A DNA stretch of 64,000 bases from an uncultured cyanobacterium (GCA_963744145.1 CAVUSO010000001.1:4448001-4512000), one strand, 5' to 3'; numbered from the stretch's first letter, positions 1 to 10,441 are shown. Notes: generated from the sequence alone by a model not told the origin. Translations and numbers: made by a program.

Positions 1-35
1 GCCGAAATGCTTTGCCCCTACAAATCTGGACAAAA

Positions 36-59
36 CTTGCCCTGAGCGTAGTCGAAGGG
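36..59 (+). mobile_element. 24-nt small dispersed repeat (SDR-like) insertion CTTGCCCTGAGCGTAGTCGAAGGG
   Basis: The same flanks (GGACAAAA|TTCTGTTGATGTTTCC) occur without the insert near 43606-43630. Confidence 0.75.
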
Positions 60-171
60 TTCTGTTGATGTTTCCTTTCTGTTCGCGATCAACCAATCAT
101 CTGTAGTACCAATTTATGAAACTGGTATTATTGAACGGGCAAGATGCCCGTTCCACCAGAAAAAATGACTC

Positions 172-277
172 TTGTGGGATGGGCATCTTGCCCATCCTAG
201 TGATTTGTGATTTGTGGGATGGGCAAGATGCCCATCCTAGTGATTTGTGATTTGTGGGATGGGCATCTTGCCCATCC
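172..277. repeat. Tandem ~40-nt palindromic REP-like units (TGTGGGATGGGCATCTTGCCCATCC)
   Basis: Three hairpin units with TAGTGATTTGTGATT linkers directly after the Uma2 stop codon. Confidence 0.8.
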
Positions 278-1185
278 TAAGTTTCTAGCTCAATTCCTAG
301 AGCTTTAGCGCGATCGCGTAACAGTTTAGTCTGATGACGTTCTGCTTCTAAAACTGCATTTTGTTGAGCTAATTCAGCTAGAGCTTGTTCTTTTTTTTGT
401 TGTTCTTGCTGTAAATTAGCCTCAGCCTGATCAGCGCGGAATTTTTCTTGTTCAGCGCGAAGTTTTTCTTGTTCAGCGCGAAGTTTTTCTTGTTCAGCGC
501 GGAATTTTTCTTGTTCAGCCCGGAGTTTTTCTTCCTCGGCTTTTTCCGTACCCAATAATACTAAATTTCCTTCTCGATCGTAAAATCTAATCCAAGTTGC
601 TTCTTCTTGCAAAATTGTTCCTTTCCATTTTCCTAACCATAATTCCAGAGTGTTACACCATAACCATCCTCTTTGATCCGGAACTAGCTCTTGGTATTTT
701 CCATTGGAACCTAGACTCCATCCTTGTAAAGAATTTTCATCAAAGGGATCATAGATCAGGTAATCCTGAGTATGAAATGTCTGTTCATAGATATTCTTCT
801 TTTCTTCTTTATCTACTTTTGCTGTAGTTGGGGACAGTAATTCCACAATGATATCGGGATAACGTCCTTCTTCTTCCCATACTACCCATCCTTGACGTTG
901 TTTTTTTCCATCGACGTTTAAGACTACAAAAAAATCTGGTCCGCGAAAATCTTGGCTGCGAACCTGTTTGCTGCTATAGTACAAAAACATATTTCCAGCA
1001 GCAAAAAAGTCATTTCGTCCTTGATAAGCTTGATAGATCGCATCAATCAAGCTATTCATAGCGATTCGATGTCTATTACTTTCCAAGGGTTCTCCATCAT
1101 CAAAGATTAAATCGGTTGGGGGAAGCGGTGGTGTCCAGCTTGCTTGGGTTTCACTCTCTTGTGCTTGGATCAGATTGGTGGACAT
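277..1185 (-). CDS. Uma2/DUF820 family PD-(D/E)XK putative endonuclease with coiled-coil repeat tail
   Basis: Motifs EPLES..H, GPDFFVV and PDIIVELLSPTT; C-terminal AEQEKLR heptad repeats. Confidence 0.9.
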   Translation of the reverse strand: MSTNLIQAQESETQASWTPPLPPTDLIFDDGEPLESNRHRIAMNSLIDAIYQAYQGRNDFFAAGNMFLYYSSKQVRSQDFRGPDFFVVLNVDGKKQRQGWVVWEEEGRYPDIIVELLSPTTAKVDKEEKKNIYEQTFHTQDYLIYDPFDENSLQGWSLGSNGKYQELVPDQRGWLWCNTLELWLGKWKGTILQEEATWIRFYDREGNLVLLGTEKAEEEKLRAEQEKFRAEQEKLRAEQEKLRAEQEKFRADQAEANLQQEQQKKEQALAELAQQNAVLEAERHQTKLLRDRAKALGIELET

Positions 1186-1349
1186 ATACAGATCCTTTTT
1201 TCAGATTTCTTTGATTATATCCGAAATTTGACTTTTTAGACAATTCGCGATCGCGCTCACCATATAATTAGCGATCGCAAACTTTTTTATGATCGGTTGA
1301 ATTTCTGGTTTAATATAGTAAAATCATTACCAAAAGATCGAGTCATACC

Positions 1350-3599
1350 ATGTTACGCAAACCAAACAAAAATTTAACTCCGGAATTGTGGGCTAGTTGG
1401 AAACCTTTTGGAATTGGAGAACAACACCCCAATAATTATTATGAAGGTTGGAGAGCTTTTTGGGAAAATTTAGACGAATTACCATATACTTGGCGTATTC
1501 TCACCCAAGGTGTTTGTGATGGATGTGCTTTAGGAACAACGGGGATGAAAGATTGGACAATGGACGGGTTACACCTGTGCAATGTCAGAATGAGACTTTT
1601 ACGTCTTAATACTATGCCCGCTTTTGATCATCACATATTAAATGATATTTCTTCATTACAAACTAAATCTAGTAGTGAATTGCGTCAATTAGGAAGACTT
1701 CCTTATCCCATGATCAGACAACGTGGAGAAAAAGGTTTTCATCGAGTCAGTTGGGATGAAGCTTTAGAATTAATTAGTGCGCGGATTCGTGCTACTACAC
1801 CCGATCGTCTGAGTTTTTATCTCACCAGTCGGGGAATTCCGAATGAGACTTATTATGTGACTCAAAAAATTGTGCGATCGCTAGGTACTAATTCCATCGA
1901 TAATGCAGCAAGAGTTTGTCATTCTCCTAGTACCGCAGGATTAAAAGCAGCTTTGGGAGTCGCAGCAACTACTTGCTCTTATCGGGATTGGATTGGTACT
2001 GATTTATTAGTCTTTATTGGTTCTAATGTTGCAAATAACCAACCTGTAACAGTTAAGTATCTCCACTGGGCTAAAAAAGCTGGCACAAAAATGGTAGTAA
2101 TTAATAGTTACCGTGAACCAGGAATGGAACGCTATTGGGTGCCATTAATTCCTGAAAGTGCTTTATTTGGTACTAAATTTGCCGATGATTTCTTTCTGGT
2201 AAATGTTGGGGGAGATATTGCTTTTCTCAATGGTACTTTAAAACATCTGATAGCCAATAACTGGTTAAATAATTCCTTTATTGATCACTATACTACTGGG
2301 TTTACAGAATTAAAAGCTACTTTAGCAAATCAATCATGGGAATCATTAGAACAAGTTTCAGGTAGTACCCGTGAACAGATGTATGCTTTTGCGGAAATAG
2401 TAGGAAAAGCCGAAAAAGCTGTATTTGTTTGGAGTATGGGAATTACCCAGCATGAATGTGGTGAAAATAATGTACAATCTATTATTAATTTAGCATTAAC
2501 TCAGGGATTTATTGGTCGGACAGGATGCGGATTAATGCCCATTCGTGGACATTCTGGAGTCCAAGGTGGAGCGGAAATGGGAGCTTATGCTACAGCATTT
2601 CCTGGTGGTAAACCAATTACTCCAGAAAACGCGGCTCAACTTAGTCAGATTTGGGGTTTTGATGTTCCCACCACAACTGGTTTGATTGCTTCAGAAATGA
2701 TCGATCATGCAGCAAAAGGAAATCTGGATGTGCTATTTTCGATCGGAGGAAATTTCTTAGAAATTATGCCCGATCCGAATTATGTAGAAATGGCTTTAAG
2801 TCAGATATCTTTAAGAGTACATCTGGATATAGTGCTGTCTAGTCAGATGTTAGTTGAACCTGAAGATACAGTAGTTTTATTACCTGTAACTACCCGTTAT
2901 GAAATTCCTGGTGGAGTCACTTCTACTAGCACAGAAAGACGGATTATTTTTAGTCCAGAAATTCCTGGTCGTCGCATTGGAGAAGCACGTCCGGAATGGG
3001 AAGTCATGATGGAGTTAGGACAAAAAGTACGTCCAGAAATTGCCGATCGGTTAAAATTTAAAGATACCACAGCGATTCGGACAGAAATTGCTCAAGTTGT
3101 CTCTTTTTATGATGGAATTCAACATTTAAAACAAGCTGGAGATCAATTTCAGTATGGTGGTGATCATCTTTGTCAAGATTGGAAATTTCCCACTGCGGAT
3201 GGGAAAGCTCATTTTGCAGCAATTTCTTTACCATGTCAACCTGAATTACCCCAGGGATATTTTCGGGTAACAACCAGGAGAGGTAAGCAGTTTAATAGTA
3301 TGGTTCAGGAACAAAAAGATACTATTACTGGTGCAGAACGTGAAGCAATTTTTATGAATCGACAGGATACAGAGAAGTTAAATTTACAGGAAGGAGAAAT
3401 AGTGATTTTGAAAAATGAATTTGGAGAATTGAAAGGAAAGGTATATATTGCACAAATTTTACCAGGCAATTTACAAGTACATTGGCCCGAAGGTAATGTA
3501 TTATTAGATAAAAATAAGCGATCGCATCAAGCTGGTATTCCTGACTATAATGCTTTAGTACAGTTAAGTGTAGGGGTGAAGCATTCGGGCGACAATTGA
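1350..3599 (+). CDS. FdhF/YdeP family molybdopterin oxidoreductase
   Basis: CDGCALG, DNAARVCHSPS, PIRGHSGVQG and TRRGKQFNSM motifs; fdhD is adjacent. Confidence 0.9.
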   Translation: MLRKPNKNLTPELWASWKPFGIGEQHPNNYYEGWRAFWENLDELPYTWRILTQGVCDGCALGTTGMKDWTMDGLHLCNVRMRLLRLNTMPAFDHHILNDISSLQTKSSSELRQLGRLPYPMIRQRGEKGFHRVSWDEALELISARIRATTPDRLSFYLTSRGIPNETYYVTQKIVRSLGTNSIDNAARVCHSPSTAGLKAALGVAATTCSYRDWIGTDLLVFIGSNVANNQPVTVKYLHWAKKAGTKMVVINSYREPGMERYWVPLIPESALFGTKFADDFFLVNVGGDIAFLNGTLKHLIANNWLNNSFIDHYTTGFTELKATLANQSWESLEQVSGSTREQMYAFAEIVGKAEKAVFVWSMGITQHECGENNVQSIINLALTQGFIGRTGCGLMPIRGHSGVQGGAEMGAYATAFPGGKPITPENAAQLSQIWGFDVPTTTGLIASEMIDHAAKGNLDVLFSIGGNFLEIMPDPNYVEMALSQISLRVHLDIVLSSQMLVEPEDTVVLLPVTTRYEIPGGVTSTSTERRIIFSPEIPGRRIGEARPEWEVMMELGQKVRPEIADRLKFKDTTAIRTEIAQVVSFYDGIQHLKQAGDQFQYGGDHLCQDWKFPTADGKAHFAAISLPCQPELPQGYFRVTTRRGKQFNSMVQEQKDTITGAEREAIFMNRQDTEKLNLQEGEIVILKNEFGELKGKVYIAQILPGNLQVHWPEGNVLLDKNKRSHQAGIPDYNALVQLSVGVKHSGDN

Positions 3600-3910
3600 G
3601 CAATTAAACTTTACCCTGAGTTTACCCTGAGCGTAGTCGAAGCTTGCCCTGAGCGTAGTCGAAGGGGGCGTAGTCGAAGGGCAGTAATATTATCCCCGAA
3701 TGCTTCACCCTTCTTTTTCTGCTGAGTTCCCCAAAAATATTCTTAACTGAACTGTATGGGATTATAATGCTTTAGTACAGTTAAGTGTAGGGGTGAAGCA
3801 TTCGGGTGACAATTGAGCGATTAAACCAGTAACATTATACCCGAATGCTTCACCCTTCTTCTGCCGATATCTCCTGAACTGTATTGGATTATAATGCTTT
3901 AGTACAGTTA
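3543..3910. repeat. Two REP/MITE-derived units separating three copies of a 24-bp segment from the oxidoreductase 3' end
   Basis: GAYTATAATGCTTTAGTACAGTTA at 3543, 3760 and 3887; GTAGGGGTGAAGCATTCGGG...CCCGAATGCTTCACCC inverted repeats in each unit. Confidence 0.85.
3610..3681 (+). mobile_element. Triple-nested 24-nt SDR-like element (72 nt)
   Basis: Parses as A[B[C]B']A'; the empty site (ATTAAAC|CAGTAA) is in the sibling unit near 3820-3832. Confidence 0.8.
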
Positions 3911-3918
3911 GAAAAACT

Positions 3919-4773
3919 ATGAAAATCACTCCTAGTAGTAAAATAAATACTCAAGTTTGGGTAGTAGAAAAAGGGATCTTGCGATCGCGAACTGATCGCT
4001 TAGTGACGGAAGAACCTTTAGAAATCCGTCTAGTTGTGGGTGGAGCATATCGCACCATTGCGATTACGATGCGAACTCCTGGAAATGATTTTGATTTAGC
4101 TGCGGGATTTCTCTATAGTGAAGGTATAATTTATGGTCGCGAAGATATCCGACGGATGAATCACTGTATCGATCCTGGAGTAGAACCAACCAATCGCTAT
4201 AATATCGTTAATGTTGAACTTACGACAGATATCTTCCCAGAATTAACCACCTTAGAGCGTCATTTTTACACTAACAGTGCTTGTGGAGTTTGTGGAAAAA
4301 CTAGCTTAGAAAGTTTGCGTCATCGAGGATATTTAGTAAATCAGTCAGATGTAAAAGTTGCAGCAGATATTTTATATACATTACCAGAAAAATTGCGATC
4401 GCGACAGTCCATATTTTCCAGTACCGGAGGTTTACACGCTGCGGGTTTATTTAATGTAGATGGAGAACTAATTGCTCTCCAGGAAGATGTCGGGAGACAT
4501 AATGCTTTAGACAAGTTAATCGGTGCTGCTTTATTAACTGACAGTTTACCATTCAACAATCAGATTGTGATCGTGAGTGGAAGAACTAGCTTTGAACTTT
4601 TACAAAAAAGTTTAATTGCTGGAGTCCCAATTATCTGTGCTATTTCTGCACCTAGTAGTTTAGCAGTAGCTTTAGCACAGGAATTTGGGATTACCCTCAT
4701 TGGTTTTCTGCGGGGGGAAAAGTTCAATATTTACTCTCACTTAGAACGGATAATTTTACCAAATATCAATTAA
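3919..4773 (+). CDS. fdhD: Formate dehydrogenase accessory sulfurtransferase FdhD
   Basis: TEEPL, MRTPG, SACGVCG, TGGLHAA and EDVGRHNALDKLIG motifs. Confidence 0.95.
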   Translation: MKITPSSKINTQVWVVEKGILRSRTDRLVTEEPLEIRLVVGGAYRTIAITMRTPGNDFDLAAGFLYSEGIIYGREDIRRMNHCIDPGVEPTNRYNIVNVELTTDIFPELTTLERHFYTNSACGVCGKTSLESLRHRGYLVNQSDVKVAADILYTLPEKLRSRQSIFSSTGGLHAAGLFNVDGELIALQEDVGRHNALDKLIGAALLTDSLPFNNQIVIVSGRTSFELLQKSLIAGVPIICAISAPSSLAVALAQEFGITLIGFLRGEKFNIYSHLERIILPNIN

Positions 4774-5641
4774 TCAAGTTTTCAATATTGGTTTTGAGTC
4801 CATTACAAATGTCATCTAGGGGTAAATCGTTAGGATCGTAACCAAATGGGTTTTCGATTTCAATACCAATTTCTTCGATTCCTAGGATTGTAAAACTAAC
4901 TAAAGCGATCACTGGAACAGTCCCCCATCCAAAATCTTTGACTATCTGAAACGGTAAGACTAAGCAGTAAAGTAATAGTAATTGTTTTAAGTGGATATTA
5001 TAAGCTAAAGGTAGGGGAGTTTTTAAAATGCGATCGTAGTTACCTTGACTATCAACTATACTTCTCATTAAACTTTGAACTGCTGCTATTTGAGGAGCAT
5101 TACTGATCCGATTAAGTCTAAATTGCTGTTGTAAATATTCTTCAATCCAAACCCCAATCTCTAGGGGAGGATTAGAGATATTCTGAAGACGTAAATATTG
5201 CTCTGGAGTCATTAATTGTTCCAACTCACTATTAACAGATTCCGATCTTAGATATAATTTAGTAGCGATCGCAAAAGCAGATAGGAGTCGTAGTGCTGCA
5301 ATTTTCTTAGTCCGATCTTCTGGTTCAACTTCTTCAATAATTACCCGAATCAACATGGCTAAATTCAGGATATCGTTAGCTAAACTTCCCCATAACTTGC
5401 GACCTTCCCAATATCGATCATAAGCAGTATTAGTGCGGAAAACTAATAATAATCCTAAAATAATTGACATACTGGTGAGTAATGGTCCCACCGGTTGAGC
5501 TACAGGAAATTCTAACCCATTTAGAACAGAAATAAAAAATGCAAAGAGACAAATGCCAATTACTCTTTGATAAATTGCACCAATAACTGATCCCTTAAGT
5601 TGAAAAACTAATCTAAACCAATTATTTTGTCGCATTTTCAT
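4766..5641 (-). CDS. Bestrophin family anion channel
   Basis: LLVFRTNTAYDRYWEGRKLWG and EIENPFGYDPNDLPLD motifs. Confidence 0.93.
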   Translation of the reverse strand: MKMRQNNWFRLVFQLKGSVIGAIYQRVIGICLFAFFISVLNGLEFPVAQPVGPLLTSMSIILGLLLVFRTNTAYDRYWEGRKLWGSLANDILNLAMLIRVIIEEVEPEDRTKKIAALRLLSAFAIATKLYLRSESVNSELEQLMTPEQYLRLQNISNPPLEIGVWIEEYLQQQFRLNRISNAPQIAAVQSLMRSIVDSQGNYDRILKTPLPLAYNIHLKQLLLLYCLVLPFQIVKDFGWGTVPVIALVSFTILGIEEIGIEIENPFGYDPNDLPLDDICNGLKTNIENLIN

Positions 5642-6012
5642 TTTTCCTTTAGAGCTACAGCTTGCATTGCTTGATTCTAGCCACTACAGAACAGTATATT
5701 CCGTCCTTATATCAAATTCCAACTATACCAGTCAACTATCAAGTTGATTTTTTTAGATAGCGATATGAATGGAACTGTAAATCTTGAGCCCTTTTCTAGG
5801 AAGAGCCACATTTTACCCAATATTGACAATTAGGATAATCATTGTTAAGCTAATCACTTTTTTTTAAGTATTTTTACTTAGAAATAATCGAACTGAGTAA
5901 AAACACCATTGTCTATGGTTAAATAGGTAACTATAGTAGAAAATTTAACTGATTGAGCCGATCGCCTTTGAACAGGACCAAAAAACCCTATCACAATTTG
6001 ATCTAATTCACA

Positions 6013-7503
6013 ATGCCAAATAAATTTATCAACTTATTCCTATTGAGTGCATTTACTTATCTTGGGTTAGCACCATTACCTGTGCAAGCAAAACCGAGTT
6101 TATTAAATGAAAACCATCCTACCACCATTGCTCAAGATCCCACATCAATTTGTCCAGCACAACTAGGTCCAGCAATTAATGCGATCGTCAACCGTTCCCA
6201 ATTTCGTCGTGCTCACTGGGGAATTCTAGTCGAAACCCTATCCAATGGTCTAGTTCTCTACCAGCATAACCAAAAAGCTTACTTTATCCCGGCTTCTAAT
6301 GCTAAAATTCTCACCACAGCTAGTGCTTTAGCCAAATTAGGTTCTCAATATCAGATTCGCACTTCTATATATGGTAGTAGCGATGGCACTTTATCAGTTG
6401 TGGGTCGGGGAGATCCTAGTCTGACCGACAGTAGTCTCACTAATTTAGCAGAACAACTAAAACAAAAAGGAATTACCCAAATTAAAGAATTAGTAGCAGA
6501 AGATGGTTACTTTACTGGTAATCTAGTCAACCCCACTTGGGAATGGGAAGATATCCAATCTGGTGATGGGGCTCCCGTTAATAGTCTCATTGTTAATCAA
6601 AATACCATAGGCTTAACTCTATCACCCCAAGGAATTGGTCAACCCCTACAAGTGAATTGGGCAGATCCGACGGAAGGAACAGGATGGAAAATTGACAATA
6701 AATCTGTGACAGTTAGCACCAATGAAACAGAATTTGTGGATATCAGTCGAGATTTTGACCAAAACTTAATTCGAGTGAATGGACAACTCCATGTTGGTTC
6801 AGAACCGGACACTGCATCGATCGCAGTTAGTAAACCTACGGAACATTTTTTACAACGATTTCAGAAAATTTTAACCACAGCGGGAATTAATGTTGGAAAA
6901 ATAAAAATCGGTAGTAGTAAAGGACATGAAAACGAGCAGGAATTAGCTGCGATTGACTCTCCTCCTTTAGCCAAGTTATTAATGGATACAAATTTACCTA
7001 GTAATAATTTTTATGCTGAAACCTTACTGCGATTGCTCGGTGCCACTACCAATCAAAGTTCTCAGGACACCGATACTAGCACAAAAGGATTAGAGGTAAT
7101 CAGAGATACTTTAACCAAATTAGGAGTTGATCCCGATAGCTACGTTCAAGCTGATGGATCGGGGTTGTCACGTCATAATCTAGTCAGTCCCGAAGCTTTA
7201 GTTCAAATTCTCAGAGCAATGGTCAATATTCCAGCAGCTTCAGTGTGGAAAGCTTCTCTACCTGTAGCTGGAGTCAGTGGAACTCTGATGAATCGGTTTC
7301 GGAATACCCCAGCGCAAAATATTGTCAGTGCTAAAACCGGGACTCTCCAAGGGATTGTTTCCCTGTCCGGTTATATCAATGCTCCTGAGCAGGAACCGCT
7401 AGTTTTTAGTATGATAATTAATCAATCAGCAGCTAATGCTGCTACTTTACGTCAACCAATCGACGAGATCGTGATCTTACTAACAAGTTTACGTCGTTGC
7501 TAA
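6013..7503 (+). CDS. dacB: D-alanyl-D-alanine carboxypeptidase/endopeptidase (PBP4, peptidase S13)
   Basis: Signal peptide; PASNAK (SxxK), SNN and AKTGTL motifs; DGSGLSR. Confidence 0.93.
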   Translation: MPNKFINLFLLSAFTYLGLAPLPVQAKPSLLNENHPTTIAQDPTSICPAQLGPAINAIVNRSQFRRAHWGILVETLSNGLVLYQHNQKAYFIPASNAKILTTASALAKLGSQYQIRTSIYGSSDGTLSVVGRGDPSLTDSSLTNLAEQLKQKGITQIKELVAEDGYFTGNLVNPTWEWEDIQSGDGAPVNSLIVNQNTIGLTLSPQGIGQPLQVNWADPTEGTGWKIDNKSVTVSTNETEFVDISRDFDQNLIRVNGQLHVGSEPDTASIAVSKPTEHFLQRFQKILTTAGINVGKIKIGSSKGHENEQELAAIDSPPLAKLLMDTNLPSNNFYAETLLRLLGATTNQSSQDTDTSTKGLEVIRDTLTKLGVDPDSYVQADGSGLSRHNLVSPEALVQILRAMVNIPAASVWKASLPVAGVSGTLMNRFRNTPAQNIVSAKTGTLQGIVSLSGYINAPEQEPLVFSMIINQSAANAATLRQPIDEIVILLTSLRRC

Positions 7504-7574
7504 TGCTTCACTAATTAAGCATTTGTGATTAATAAAATTTACCTCGGCTTCCTGACTATTAGAGGATCTGCTCT

Positions 7575-9962
7575 ATGAATAGTGATACGATCAAACCTAA
7601 TGTGCAAGTCCTACAAAAAAGTGTCATCGAGTTGCTCCGTACAATTAACGCGCTGATGAAACGTGCTGCTCAAGAATTAGCAACCGAAGATCATGGGACT
7701 AAATATGAGGTTTTTCAGCAGGAAATCATGAATGAGAGTCGGAAGGTAGCTCAGTTAGAGTTAACCATGGCGATCGTGGCACCGATGAAAGCTGGAAAGT
7801 CAACAATTATTAATGCTATTTTAGGACAAGAGCTTCTCCCTAGTCGCAATGCAGCGATGACTTCCCTTCCCACAGAAATTGTTTTTAATCATACTATTGC
7901 TGAACCGATTCTTAAACTCAGTCCAGCTGTATTAGAAGTGTTTGAATTGACTTTTGAAGTCCTGAAAGCAAAAATTGGTAGTGCTAGTCTCGGTCGGGTG
8001 TGGGAAACTAAGTCGCAATATCCCCATTTGATGGATTTATTAAAAAGAATTCAAGCTTCCGAAGATTTACCGATTAAGTCAGAAACATCTGGACGTGAAG
8101 CTGTCTTGAAAACTTTGACCGATTTGAATGATATGGTCAGACTGTGTAATTTATTTGCACCCCTATCAGATCCCTTACAATTTTTGATGGATTTACCTCG
8201 GCTCGAAACTCCTTTAGTGCGATCGCAAACCGGGAAATCAATGTTAGGAAACTTGGTCTTGGTTGATACTCCCGGACCAAATGAAGCTCGGGCAGATTTA
8301 GAATTAGCTAATGTGGTATCTAAACAGCTCAATAAAAGTTCAATGGTCTTAATTGTCTTAGATTTTACTCAGTTAAAAACTGAAGCAGCAGAAAAAGTCA
8401 AGCAAGATGTGGAAAAAGTAATTAATTTACGTGGCAAGGATAATCTATATGTTTTAATTAATAAAATTGATCAACGTCGCAAAGGTGATATGAATGAAGA
8501 AGGGGTACGTGATTTTGTCGCATCTGAATTAGGATTAGATAGTAAAGACCGAGTATTTGAAATTTCCGCCCGTTGGGCTCTATCTGCATCGAATTTTATT
8601 CAGGAAATCCAAGATGATCCTAATTGCTCAGTTAAGGAAATGAAAACTGGGCGATCGCTAGCTCAAGAAGTATTTGTGACTTTAGATGATGATGAGCTAG
8701 AAGTAGCACTAGAATCGGTGACTACGGAGAAGCTCTATAACCATGCTCAACGTCTATGGAAAAAATCCAAATTTGCACCTTTTTTAGAAAGTGCTATTGA
8801 TGTATTAATCGCACAAGTTGTACCCCACTGTATTCGCTCCGCGTTGAATATGAGTCGTAATTGTTTAATCGAATTACGAGATGATGTCACCCTCCGACGT
8901 AGTGCGATCGCTCAGGATGCGAAGAAATTAAAAGCTGAAATTCAAGCAATTGAAGCTGATTTAGTCCGGTTAGAAGCTTGTCATCATCGTTCTCAAAAAG
9001 CGATCACTAAAATCAAACAGCAACTATCTCAAGCTCTTGAAACTAATCTCAAAGTCCTGAAAGACATGGCTCAAGTTAGCTTGGAAACTTATTTTGTTCA
9101 AGAGGAATATCAACGCTCTGATTTAATTAAGCGAGCTGATATAAAAGCCAGAAAAATGTTACTAAAACCCTTAAGCGAGTTTGACCTATTTCCGAATTGG
9201 ATTTCCCTCCGTCTCAAGTCTCAGTTAGAATTTAAAAGTGCTGGAGTAGTAGTATTTGCTAGTGCTAATATTGCTGAAGAATTTGCTGAATTAGCTTTAA
9301 CTTATGCTAAACGTAGTGTGGATATATTAATGCAAAGTACCCGAGAAGAATCTTGTAAGCAAATTGAACAAGCACGACAAAATGCGATCGATGTTTTAAA
9401 ATGGGAAACTGAACCAATTATTGTCGGAGCTAGAGATCGATTAAATAAATCTTTTAATGTTAATCTCGAATTACCTACCCTGATTTTAGATAGCGGAACT
9501 AACGTTGATTTTGTCCAACCTAGAGTCAAAAGTCATACTAAAAAAGTAACGGAATATAAAAAGATTAAAAATCGTCCTTTTTGGTTACTGTGGTTGTTGG
9601 AAATTGAACGGACTGTTAAAATTAATAAAGAGGAAAATTATTATACAGTTTCGATGCAGGAATTAATTAATCAATTTAACCAATCAATTGAAAAGAATAT
9701 CGAACATATTAATCAACGTTTAAATGAATATTTAGATGCAGATTTTCAGCAAAAGCTCGAAATTTGTTTTGCTGATTTAAGTGCTTATCTCAATAATTAT
9801 CAAGATAGTTTAAAACAAGCGCAAAAAGACCAAAATTTATCATTATTTAAACAAAATGAGTTAATTCAAGGATTAGATCCTTTTGTCCAAAATTCCACCA
9901 GATTAATAGACAAAACTGAGAAGATTCTGAAACAAATCAATAAATTGAAAATGTTAGAATAG
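7575..9962 (+). CDS. Dynamin-like GTPase (CrfC-like)
   Basis: APMKAGKST P-loop, DTPGPNE, NKID, long helical C-terminus. Confidence 0.85.
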   Translation: MNSDTIKPNVQVLQKSVIELLRTINALMKRAAQELATEDHGTKYEVFQQEIMNESRKVAQLELTMAIVAPMKAGKSTIINAILGQELLPSRNAAMTSLPTEIVFNHTIAEPILKLSPAVLEVFELTFEVLKAKIGSASLGRVWETKSQYPHLMDLLKRIQASEDLPIKSETSGREAVLKTLTDLNDMVRLCNLFAPLSDPLQFLMDLPRLETPLVRSQTGKSMLGNLVLVDTPGPNEARADLELANVVSKQLNKSSMVLIVLDFTQLKTEAAEKVKQDVEKVINLRGKDNLYVLINKIDQRRKGDMNEEGVRDFVASELGLDSKDRVFEISARWALSASNFIQEIQDDPNCSVKEMKTGRSLAQEVFVTLDDDELEVALESVTTEKLYNHAQRLWKKSKFAPFLESAIDVLIAQVVPHCIRSALNMSRNCLIELRDDVTLRRSAIAQDAKKLKAEIQAIEADLVRLEACHHRSQKAITKIKQQLSQALETNLKVLKDMAQVSLETYFVQEEYQRSDLIKRADIKARKMLLKPLSEFDLFPNWISLRLKSQLEFKSAGVVVFASANIAEEFAELALTYAKRSVDILMQSTREESCKQIEQARQNAIDVLKWETEPIIVGARDRLNKSFNVNLELPTLILDSGTNVDFVQPRVKSHTKKVTEYKKIKNRPFWLLWLLEIERTVKINKEENYYTVSMQELINQFNQSIEKNIEHINQRLNEYLDADFQQKLEICFADLSAYLNNYQDSLKQAQKDQNLSLFKQNELIQGLDPFVQNSTRLIDKTEKILKQINKLKMLE

Positions 9963-10062
9963 CATCATTGGGGTAAGCAATGCGATCGCGCTTCGGTTAA
10001 TATTCATCTTAACTTCATTCTCTAGTCATAAGTTTGTCAAACCTCTCTGATACTATCAAAAT

Positions 10063-10145
10063 ATTGCTGGCTAGGCAATGGTTACATAGTTTGATTGTTA
10101 AGGATACTCCTCTAACCTCTCAGGGAAACTGAGAGGTTTTTTTTT
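10063..10145 (+). ncRNA. psrR1: Probable PsrR1 (SyR1) photosynthesis-regulatory sRNA
   Basis: Blocks GGCAATGG..ACATAG and GGATACTCCTCT, recalled as conserved in PsrR1, are followed by terminator AACCTCTCAG-GGAAA-CTGAGAGGTT-poly(T). TACTAT -10 element at 10051-10056; the 5' end is estimated. Confidence 0.7.
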
Positions 10146-10150
10146 CTTGA

Positions 10151-10425
10151 ATAGAGGGCAAAGCATTTCGGCATATAAATGATTGTTTAAGCGTTTACCC
10201 TGAGCGTTCCCTGAGCGTAGTCGAAGGGCGTAGTCGAAGGGCAGAATAATATTACTGAAATGCTTTGCTCTCACACCTATGCAGCCAACCGATCAATTAT
10301 ATATCAATACTCAGTTACAGCCTATGACCTGTTTATGCAGTTCATCAAGGTGATCTGTGGGGCAGGGCGGGTTCATTAAGGTTATTTGTGTGTAGCAAAT
10401 TCATCGGTGAACCCGCCCCTACGAG
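10151..10425. repeat. REP/MITE mosaic with a double-nested 24-nt element (10194-10241)
   Basis: GGGCAAAGCATTTCGG...GAAATGCTTTGC and GGGCGGGTTCA...TGAACCCGCCCCTAC inverted repeats shared with other intergenic regions. Confidence 0.8.
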
Positions 10426-10441
10426 CGATCGAAAAAACAGG

